From IMG/VR virus record IMGVR_UViG_2897328257_000006, positions 1 to 33,057 of that record: 33,057 nt of DNA, one strand, 5' to 3'. How positions within the stretch are numbered: position 1 is the stretch's first letter; each line of letters starts with the position of its first letter. The notes beneath the pieces are model-generated. The model searched no databases and had not been told where the DNA came from. It saw nothing but the letters and a program-made list of their open reading frames with translations. A program made the translations under genes and the position numbers. Shown here piece by piece: positions 26,633-33,057 of this stretch. This DNA is from a virus. Taxonomy: Duplodnaviria; Heunggongvirae; Uroviricota; Caudoviricetes.

Positions 26633-28945
26633 TCATAATTCATACGCTCTCCAATCACATATAACAGGATAACTGAAGCTTCTCCCGTCGTAATTTACAG
26701 TTGCCCCACGCGCCAGCGCCTCAAGCTCCCATCGCTGCGGCCTGATACCGTTCTGAGCAAGATCAACGCGGATACGGGTAATTTGCATTCTTTCCGACCG
26801 GGTCAGTCTGGCCGATGGTGCAATTTCATGAGGTTTTAACGGGCTTCCGTTTCTTTGCTGACGACTTGGCGTTCTCCGACCGTGTTTTAATGCACCTCTG
26901 AGCGCCCTCACGACCTCCGGGTCACTCCATTCGATAACACCGTCATCAACCAGATTAAGCACTGCTGCGGCGTGCTCAGAAGGTGTGGGAGCCGGTAACA
27001 AAGTATCACCACCGGTGAGTTTTCCACACTTATTGACAGGACTCCGAGGCGCGGCGATGCCGCTTTTTAAAGTCAAAGGCTCAACGACCGGAACTTTCGG
27101 CACAATGCGCCAGTCCGTCGTTCTGGTGATATGAATATGACGCGCGCCGAGATGCGGCGCGTAAATGCCGACCACTCTCTCGACTTCTTCCTCATACTCG
27201 TTAACGTCATCCGACGGGCTACGGGCAACCCTGACAGTCTGACAATCGCGCGGGACATTTGCCCCACCCTGCGCGCTGATATACAACGCAAAATCACCAC
27301 TGTCTGCGGCAGCGCGAGCAGCCTCGACGCGTTCGTCAAACTCATCCGCAATACTGACGCCGCGAGGCAATTTGCGTAGTTCACGGTAAGCCCCCATTGT
27401 CGGCAGTCCAACCGTTTTAAATTGCGGGATGCGCCACGTTGACGCCCATGCGGTAACAGCCGCCGCAGTATCTTTCAGCGGTCTGCCGGTATCGTTATCG
27501 AGCTGACCATCCAGTGCATAGCCGTCGATATTTTTTGAAATGTATTTCGCGATATATCCCGCAGCACCGCCCCGGTTAAGGTGTTTTGCCTGAAAACGGT
27601 TTCGCGCGGCTCCTCTTTCGTCGCCATCCTCTTTGAGCGCATAGCGACGCATGATTTCGATAATCTGGTTACGCTGGCGTGGATTACAAAAAAGCATCAT
27701 ATGCCAGTGCGGCGTTCCGTCGTGGTGTGGCTCGACGACTCGCAAACCGTAGACCTGTAAATCATTATCCTTGAATGCCGTGCGCATCAGGCTCCAGATA
27801 CGGCAGAGATAACGCTGCGCATCCTTTGGATTAAATGCCTCATCATTCCAGCCGTGATTAAGCTGGACGGTTTTATTTTCGCCTTTTCCAACCTGACGTG
27901 TCGGGTGATACTTTGACGGCGCGGTAAGCGTGATAAACATCCCCACATCACCCTCTGAGGCGGCGTAACGCTCAATACCGGCAATGGTGTTCATCAGCTC
28001 CATCCGGCGAATTTCAGGATTAGAAATACTGCCCATCACCTTACTGATAAGGTCGATGCGCTCGCCGGTTTCCCTGTTTTCAAGGTCACACGATTTAAGA
28101 AATTCCAGATTTGCCTGGCGGCGCGCACGCTCATCACGAATGGCATGTTTACTGGCATAAGGAGAACGGTCTTTATTCACCTCCCCGACAGCAATCAGTA
28201 ACGCCTCATGCCAGCGCATACGCTGGCCTTTAAGCTGATGAGTCCACCACTCATCGTTAAACAGACGGGCAATGGCAGAATATGCCTGCCTCGTGGTCAT
28301 CTGTCCTTTACGGTATTTTTTCCAGTAGAGAGGGGAAATATTGAAAGCACGTGCAGCGCCAGCAACATGACCATAGAGGTGAGCCTGCGCCTCATCCGTA
28401 AACAGCGATTCTTTCTCGCCATGCGCATCCACCCAGGCATCGCAGAGTTCCTCATACATCATGAAAAGCTGTGATGAGATACGGGCGGCAAACTTTTTCA
28501 GCTCCTTGTCATTCATCCCCGGCAGGCGCGCATACTGGTCGCGCTCTGCCAGAAACAGCAACGACGCGTCGGTGTTCATTTCATGGCGCTGATTCACACG
28601 CTCAATGCGCGGCCATAAACGACGCTGAAAAGTGGATGTGAGGAAATAAAACCCGTGCACCGGGCTTTTATTGCGCCGGATGTAGTCATAGCGTGAAGTA
28701 AACAGCGAGCGCAAAAAGTAAGGCAGGCGGTTAATCGTGGATAAAACACCTTGCACCTGACGCATCTCGTCACGTGTAAGGGGTCTTTCGCGCCCGACGG
28801 CCTCGCGTGGCGCGTTCCATGCATAAGCACCGGTAAACGCCTTACCGGTGCCTGCAGCAAATGCTGACGGAGGGACAAAACGCCCGGAGGCTTTAACGGC
28901 CATATGAGCCAAAAGCCTCTGAACAACGCCTGCTGAGTTGCTCAA
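26633..28945 (-). CDS. A: Replication initiation protein A (rolling-circle nickase; about 756-770 aa)
   Basis: Large ORF in the P2 A position and of P2 gpA size; start may be the internal ATG at 28903 (MAVKASGRF...). Confidence 0.88.
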   Translation of the reverse strand: MSNSAGVVQRLLAHMAVKASGRFVPPSAFAAGTGKAFTGAYAWNAPREAVGRERPLTRDEMRQVQGVLSTINRLPYFLRSLFTSRYDYIRRNKSPVHGFYFLTSTFQRRLWPRIERVNQRHEMNTDASLLFLAERDQYARLPGMNDKELKKFAARISSQLFMMYEELCDAWVDAHGEKESLFTDEAQAHLYGHVAGAARAFNISPLYWKKYRKGQMTTRQAYSAIARLFNDEWWTHQLKGQRMRWHEALLIAVGEVNKDRSPYASKHAIRDERARRQANLEFLKSCDLENRETGERIDLISKVMGSISNPEIRRMELMNTIAGIERYAASEGDVGMFITLTAPSKYHPTRQVGKGENKTVQLNHGWNDEAFNPKDAQRYLCRIWSLMRTAFKDNDLQVYGLRVVEPHHDGTPHWHMMLFCNPRQRNQIIEIMRRYALKEDGDERGAARNRFQAKHLNRGGAAGYIAKYISKNIDGYALDGQLDNDTGRPLKDTAAAVTAWASTWRIPQFKTVGLPTMGAYRELRKLPRGVSIADEFDERVEAARAAADSGDFALYISAQGGANVPRDCQTVRVARSPSDDVNEYEEEVERVVGIYAPHLGARHIHITRTTDWRIVPKVPVVEPLTLKSGIAAPRSPVNKCGKLTGGDTLLPAPTPSEHAAAVLNLVDDGVIEWSDPEVVRALRGALKHGRRTPSRQQRNGSPLKPHEIAPSARLTRSERMQITRIRVDLAQNGIRPQRWELEALARGATVNYDGRSFSYPVICDWRAYEL

Positions 28946-29168
28946 CCTGCGCGTTTAAATCAGCAAAAGACTTTGCGCTTCCGGTCAGAATATCGTGATG
29001 CATCAGGCCGGAAACGAGCTGGCTTAATTTCGGATAATAACCAACCACCGCCAGCCATTCCTGACCGGCGTTTTTACCGCTTTCCGCTCTCTTTTTCTCG
29101 TGGAGAATAAACTGAAAGCTGTCACTGGTAACGACATAACGTTCGCCAATTTCAATACGAATACTCAT
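28893..29168 (-). CDS. Hypothetical protein (P2 orf83 position), 91 aa
   Basis: Small ORF in conserved P2 order between orf82 and A. Confidence 0.6.
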   Translation of the reverse strand: MSIRIEIGERYVVTSDSFQFILHEKKRAESGKNAGQEWLAVVGYYPKLSQLVSGLMHHDILTGSAKSFADLNAQVEQLSRRCSEAFGSYGR

Positions 29169-29389
29169 GCCGTTCTCCGGTAATGTTTGTTTTTTGCTTC
29201 AAAGACTGACTGGCAGGAAACACAATGCGTGGCTGACGGATAAGCCGCACGACGGGCAGCAGGTATTGGCGCGTTACACTCTTCGCAAACCAGCGCAGAA
29301 GCACCGCAATGTTTTACCCTTGCCGCGTTAATCTGACGCTCCAGTAATTCAGCCTGTTGTTCCTGAATAAAATCTACGTTGTCCGGCAT
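29165..29389 (-). CDS. TraR/DksA-type C4 zinc-finger protein (P2 orf82 position), 74 aa
   Basis: CEECNAPIP...HCVSCQ four-cysteine motif typical of TraR/DksA-family zinc fingers. Confidence 0.7.
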   Translation of the reverse strand: MPDNVDFIQEQQAELLERQINAARVKHCGASALVCEECNAPIPAARRAAYPSATHCVSCQSVFEAKNKHYRRTA

Positions 29390-29694
29390 TACCAGCTCCT
29401 TTTGTCGTTAAGTTTTTTAAATTCATCAGCGCAATAGCTGGCAATTTCTGTCGTTAATTTCGTCAGTTCATCCACGGAGGAGATTTGCTTGTGAAATACA
29501 GCGCGTTTAACAAGTAAATTGACCACATCAGACAGGAGATTTAATTCGTTCTGATAAATCGCGATAACAGACTCAGTTATTTCGCGTTTTTCTTTATCAA
29601 GACCAAGTTGAATAAGAGATAAATCGCCATTTTTCATAACGGTGATTTTTAAGGCGTTATTCAGTAATACAACTGAACGAGAACAGGACATCAA
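29389..29694 (-). CDS. Hypothetical protein (P2 orf81 position), 101 aa
   Basis: Small ORF in conserved P2 order; start overlaps the upstream stop. Confidence 0.6.
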   Translation of the reverse strand: MMSCSRSVVLLNNALKITVMKNGDLSLIQLGLDKEKREITESVIAIYQNELNLLSDVVNLLVKRAVFHKQISSVDELTKLTTEIASYCADEFKKLNDKRSW

Positions 29695-29948
29695 AGCACC
29701 TCCCCGCGAGACAATCCGATATTGTGAAATTTTTCCGACTCCTGACTGAGCAGCTCGACTATCTCCACGCGGGATAACTCCGCCTTTGTGATGTGGCGAA
29801 TCATGGCGTCAAGATGAGAAGAAAAGCGCGTCGCTGCATCGGCCTGTGCTTCGGTTCTGGCCTGTTGCAGCAGTAATGCGTATTTACCGCACTGATTTTC
29901 AGAAACTGTATGCATGACTTTCTCCAGGCAAAAAGAAGCCCCGCACAA
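29691..29948 (-). CDS. Hypothetical protein (P2 orf80 position), 74-85 aa
   Basis: Small ORF in conserved P2 order; alternative start at MHTVSENQ. Confidence 0.55.
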   Translation of the reverse strand: MCGASFCLEKVMHTVSENQCGKYALLLQQARTEAQADAATRFSSHLDAMIRHITKAELSRVEIVELLSQESEKFHNIGLSRGEVL

Positions 29949-29978
29949 TTAAGTGCGTTAAAAACTCTGGTTAATTAC

Positions 29979-30485
29979 TTAATGCAGATATTGCTCTGGT
30001 TTTACCGATGTCAGAATTGTCGGTGCATACTCAAACAGACTGAATAATTCACGTAATGCACGGAATAAAGCATCACGCCAGTAACATGATTCCTCATTAA
30101 TTCGCCAGTATGGCTGGTTAAATTCTTTTTCTGTCAGTCGTGCGTGCATAAATAAAGTACGGCGCTGACTGACTGTTAAAAAACTAATATATGCATACTC
30201 ACTTGCGCCAACCTGACGGCGTTTTGAGAATGCCCCACGCAATTCATCAATTGCACAAACCAGTCGTTCACGTTCGACGTCGTTCATTTCTTCAAAACGC
30301 ATCGTTGCGTGACGCTGTTTTAACTGCGCATGAAAGCAAACCGTTAGCCGTTCGCGTTCCATCATCTGATTATAATAATCGCATGTCTCCTGCCAGCGAG
30401 GGACGGCCAGATGCTTACCAATTATCCGGCGCATAGTTGCTGGCTGTTTTTCAACGAGATTGAGCGTCATCACTGTCATTTCCAT
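29979..30485 (-). CDS. B: Replication protein B (helicase-loader-like), about 163-168 aa
   Basis: ORF of P2 gpB size in the P2 position between orf78 and orf80. Confidence 0.8.
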   Translation of the reverse strand: MEMTVMTLNLVEKQPATMRRIIGKHLAVPRWQETCDYYNQMMERERLTVCFHAQLKQRHATMRFEEMNDVERERLVCAIDELRGAFSKRRQVGASEYAYISFLTVSQRRTLFMHARLTEKEFNQPYWRINEESCYWRDALFRALRELFSLFEYAPTILTSVKPEQYLH

Positions 30486-30670
30486 ACCCTCCGGCTTTTC
30501 AGAAAGGTCAGAGCCTTTTTTAACGGACTCTGTTTTTTGGTGCGGATAATGATTCCCTTACGCCCCTTACCGTGGGTGATGGTGAAGTCAATCGCCCTGG
30601 GGCTTTCGTTACGCAGTAACTGAGCAATACAACGAGGTTCATTCATACGGTTCTCCTTAACGTGGTTCAC
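30476..30670 (-). CDS. Small basic hypothetical protein (P2 orf78 position), 56-64 aa
   Basis: Small ORF between cox and B in P2 order. Confidence 0.5.
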   Translation of the reverse strand: MNHVKENRMNEPRCIAQLLRNESPRAIDFTITHGKGRKGIIIRTKKQSPLKKALTFLKSRRVWK

Positions 30671-30932
30671 CGAGACCTAACCACATCAACCAGCCGTCAC
30701 GAATCTCTTTAGGGCGGCTTTCATAAGCCAGTTTTAGTCCGTTATTCCATGCCGGAAGGTATACCCAATATTCACCTGCACGACCTGAAGCTGATTGTGG
30801 ATCGGTCATATCAATTACAGGCAGCTTTCCTTTATCGATCATCCGACGAACCGCTCCTGTCGATTTTCCTATTAGTTTTGCGAACTCCTGATAAGGAATC
30901 GCATCAGTCATGAGTGTTACTTGCTTGCTCAT
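30657..30932 (-). CDS. cox: Cox, excisionase and repressor of the lysogenic promoter (91 aa)
   Basis: MSKQVTLMTDAIPYQEFAKLIGKSTGAVRRMIDKGKLPVIDMTDP... matches P2 Cox and its 91-aa length; divergent from C. Confidence 0.9.
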   Translation of the reverse strand: MSKQVTLMTDAIPYQEFAKLIGKSTGAVRRMIDKGKLPVIDMTDPQSASGRAGEYWVYLPAWNNGLKLAYESRPKEIRDGWLMWLGLGEPR

Positions 30933-31013
30933 GTCGTCCTCCAGCCCTCATGAATTGCGTTTAATGCCTTATAATGCCTTTTAGTGCACACATCCAAGCA
31001 CTAAACAATCTAC

Positions 31014-31043
31014 ATCTAAACTAAATACTATTGAGATCTAAAC
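31014..31043. promoter_or_regulatory. Immunity operator: two 8-bp direct repeats ATCTAAAC (31014..31021 and 31036..31043), 22 bp centre to centre
   Basis: Repeats seen directly in the cox-C intergenic region beside the C start; P2 C repressor is known to bind two direct repeats flanking the early promoter -10; the exact site sequence is not confirmed from memory. Confidence 0.55.
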
Positions 31044-31046
31044 ACC

Positions 31047-31346
31047 ATGTCAAACACGATAAGCGAGAAGATAGTCTTAATGCGAAAATCAGAGTATTTG
31101 AGCAGACAACAACTTGCTGATTTAACAGGGGTTCCGTATGGCACGCTGAGTTACTATGAAAGTGGTCGTTCAACACCTCCAACAGATGTCATGATGAACA
31201 TCCTGCAGACCCCACAATTCACCAAATACACTTTATGGTTCATGACCAATCAGATCGCTCCTGAGTCCGGGCAAATTGCGCCCGCTCTCGCACACTTTGG
31301 GCAAAACGAAACAACGTCGCCCCACTCCGGTCAAAAGACTGGTTAA
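31047..31346 (+). CDS. C: Immunity repressor C (99 aa)
   Basis: MSNTISEKIVLMRKSEYLSRQQLADLTGVPYGTLSYYESGRSTPP... matches the P2 C repressor and its 99-aa length. Confidence 0.92.
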   Translation: MSNTISEKIVLMRKSEYLSRQQLADLTGVPYGTLSYYESGRSTPPTDVMMNILQTPQFTKYTLWFMTNQIAPESGQIAPALAHFGQNETTSPHSGQKTG

Positions 31347-31461
31347 CAATTCATCGTGAATATATTCATCACAAGTGCCTACTATTGGTGGCTAAATTTC
31401 AGCCACCACGAAAAAAGCGATTAGTAGTCGCCAAAAAACACACCACTCGGAGGGTTTTCTG

Positions 31462-32475
31462 ATGGCAATCAAAAAACTCGATGATGGTCGATATGAAGTG
31501 GACATCCGCCCTACTGGACGTAATGGAAAACGCATCCGTAGGAAGTTTGATAAGAAAAGCGAAGCTGTCGCTTTCGAGAAATACACGTTGTACAACCACC
31601 ACAATAAAGAATGGCTATCAAAACCAACAGACAAGCGACGTCTGTCGGAGCTGACACAGATCTGGTGGGATTTAAAGGGTAAACACGAAGAGCATGGGAA
31701 ATCTAATCTTGGAAAAATTGAAATCTTCACAAAAATAACGAATGACCCATGCGCATTTCAAATTACGAAATCGCTTATCAGCCAGTACTGCGCCACCCGA
31801 AGAAGTCAGGGTATTAAACCTTCGAGTATCAATCGTGATTTAACATGTATTAGCGGCATGTTTACAGCCCTGATTGAAGCGGAGTTATTCTTTGGTGAGC
31901 ACCCTATCAGAGGGACAAAAAGGCTTAAGGAGGAAAAACCAGACACAGGCTATCTCACGCAGGAAGAAATTGCCTTACTGCTTGCTGCTCTTGACGGCGA
32001 CAATAAAAAGATTGCGATTCTTTGCCTGAGTACTGGAGCAGGTTGGGGAGAAGCAGCTCGTTTGAAAGCAGAAAATATCATCCATAACCGCGTCACGTTT
32101 GTTAAAACGAAAACAAACAAACCACGCACCGTCCCGATCTCAGAGGCTGTTGCCAAAATGATCGCGGATAACAAACGAGGTTTTTTATTCCCTGATGCTG
32201 ATTACCCTCGCTTCAGACGAACAATGAAAGCAATAAAACCGGATTTGCCAATGGGGCAAGCCACACATGCACTAAGGCACAGCTTTGCCACTCATTTCAT
32301 GATTAATGGAGGAAGTATTATCACGCTACAACGGATACTAGGTCACACGCGGATTGAACAAACTATGGTTTACGCTCATTTTGCGCCAGAGTACCTTCAG
32401 GACGCCATTTCTCTTAATCCGCTAAGAGGTGGTACTGAGGCCGAGAGTGTCCACACAGTGTCCACAGTAGAGTAA
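31462..32475 (+). CDS. int: Tyrosine integrase (337 aa)
   Basis: MAIKKLDDGRYEVDIRPTGRNGKRIRRKF... with C-terminal catalytic region HALRHSFATHF...LGHTRIEQTMVYAHF (R..HxxR..Y); 337 aa as in P2 Int; 3' end 80 bp from the att core. Confidence 0.95.
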   Translation: MAIKKLDDGRYEVDIRPTGRNGKRIRRKFDKKSEAVAFEKYTLYNHHNKEWLSKPTDKRRLSELTQIWWDLKGKHEEHGKSNLGKIEIFTKITNDPCAFQITKSLISQYCATRRSQGIKPSSINRDLTCISGMFTALIEAELFFGEHPIRGTKRLKEEKPDTGYLTQEEIALLLAALDGDNKKIAILCLSTGAGWGEAARLKAENIIHNRVTFVKTKTNKPRTVPISEAVAKMIADNKRGFLFPDADYPRFRRTMKAIKPDLPMGQATHALRHSFATHFMINGGSIITLQRILGHTRIEQTMVYAHFAPEYLQDAISLNPLRGGTEAESVHTVSTVE

Positions 32476-32554
32476 CGTTTAAGGGCTTTCAGTGGTAATT
32501 TATGCCGCTCAAACCCGCATTGTACCGTTGAAAGCCCCTACTGGTGACACCCTA

Positions 32555-32582
32555 AATCTCCCTTACACGGGCTTATTTTTTA
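32555..32582. repeat. att core copy 2 (prophage int-proximal junction / host flank)
   Basis: Exact 28-bp repeat of 1507..1534. Confidence 0.9.
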
Positions 32583-32739
32583 TGCATAAGCCCTATCCCT
32601 GGTCACCGTCTTCCATTGACCACATCGATAGAATCTCCCTTCATAGCACGATGCCTTTCACGTAACGGCATCGTGCTCGCACAGGTTCCGGCTAAGCACA
32701 ACCAGAACGCGCATGTTTGACGCTTACCAAAAAATATTC

Positions 32740-33057
32740 TCACTCTCCACATTTGAATGTCAGACGAGCGACGCCATGTAATCCTGCACCTTCTGTCTTC
32801 AGGTCAACTATCTGCATTTTTTTGCCCTGAGTAACACAGAAATGGGCTGCATCATTTTTTACTATATTTTCTGCACCAGATATTCTGCCCCTGGCTAAAG
32901 AAGCTTCGGCTTCGGTGTAGTATTGGTTATCGAGTTTACGCTGAATATTACTTTTATATGCAAGACCAAATTTACCGATACTTGTCTCATCATTATGCAC
33001 AGCACAACCAGACACAATAAAAATACTAATTAATGATATAGCAGCTATCTTTTTCAT
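32740..33057 (-). CDS. yegR: Small lipoprotein (105 aa), probably host gene yegR
   Basis: Start codon at the last bases of the window; signal peptide with lipobox (IFIVSGC); size and position relative to yegQ and cyaR match yegR of E. coli K-12, but I do not recall the yegR sequence itself. Confidence 0.5.
   Translation of the reverse strand: MKKIAAISLISIFIVSGCAVHNDETSIGKFGLAYKSNIQRKLDNQYYTEAEASLARGRISGAENIVKNDAAHFCVTQGKKMQIVDLKTEGAGLHGVARLTFKCGE

Larger units (their letters stand above)
1507..32582. mobile_element. P2-like prophage (about 31 kb) integrated at the cyaR-associated P2 attachment site, bounded by 28-bp direct repeats
   Basis: Complete P2 gene order from ogr to int between two identical 28-bp cores; integrase gene adjacent to the right core; cos site internal. 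Confidence 0.92.

Noticed and set aside
31387-31431. Hairpins between C and int (GGTGGCT/AGCCACC and GCGA/TCGC) as a terminator separating C from int
   Set aside because: Neither hairpin is followed by a T-run on the plus strand, and P2 int is known to be co-transcribed with C from Pc. They may be structural or attenuating elements, but there is no support for a terminator call.
32476-32554. Inverted repeat AAGGGCTTTCA ... TGAAAGCCCCT between int and the att core as a terminator
   Set aside because: The loop is about 37 nt and there is no T-run. It is more likely part of the att arm (Int or IHF binding region), which I cannot confirm by eye.
1507-32582. CRISPR array or insertion-sequence/transposon boundaries
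   Set aside because: The only long exact repeat is the single 28-bp att pair about 31 kb apart. There are no regularly spaced repeat-spacer units, no transposase ORF and no terminal inverted repeats.

Overview
This window is an Escherichia coli chromosomal locus (yegQ/trhP, sRNA gene cyaR, probable yegR) occupied by a roughly 31-kb P2-like prophage inserted into the 3' end of cyaR, bounded by a 28-bp direct repeat (1507..1534 and 32555..32582) that matches the P2 att core as I recall it. Gene order and protein lengths follow phage P2 almost gene for gene: ogr, D, U, T, FI, then G, H, I, J, W, V, S, R, lysC/lysB/lysA, K, Y, X, L, M, N, O on the minus strand, P and Q on the plus strand, the cos site, then A, orf83-80, B, orf78, cox (minus), C and int (plus). 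Four things depart from P2. (1) The Z/fun cargo slot between FI and G holds an AT-rich three-gene operon (7306..9337): a ParA/MinD-type P-loop ATPase plus two proteins with no motif I can recognise. This is my best candidate for an undescribed system, possibly anti-phage defence. (2) The tin/old cargo slot between cos and A holds a type II restriction-modification module: m5C methyltransferase, a controller HTH protein, and a putative endonuclease. (3) The tail operon has a deletion: sheath gene FI is truncated at codon 291 and abuts a 5'-truncated tape-measure gene T, and no tail tube (FII) or E/E' gene is present, so the prophage is probably tail-defective. (4) An 11-N assembly gap sits inside tail-fibre gene H between near-identical repeats. 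All identifications rest on reading the sequence and remembered family features; no database search was run.
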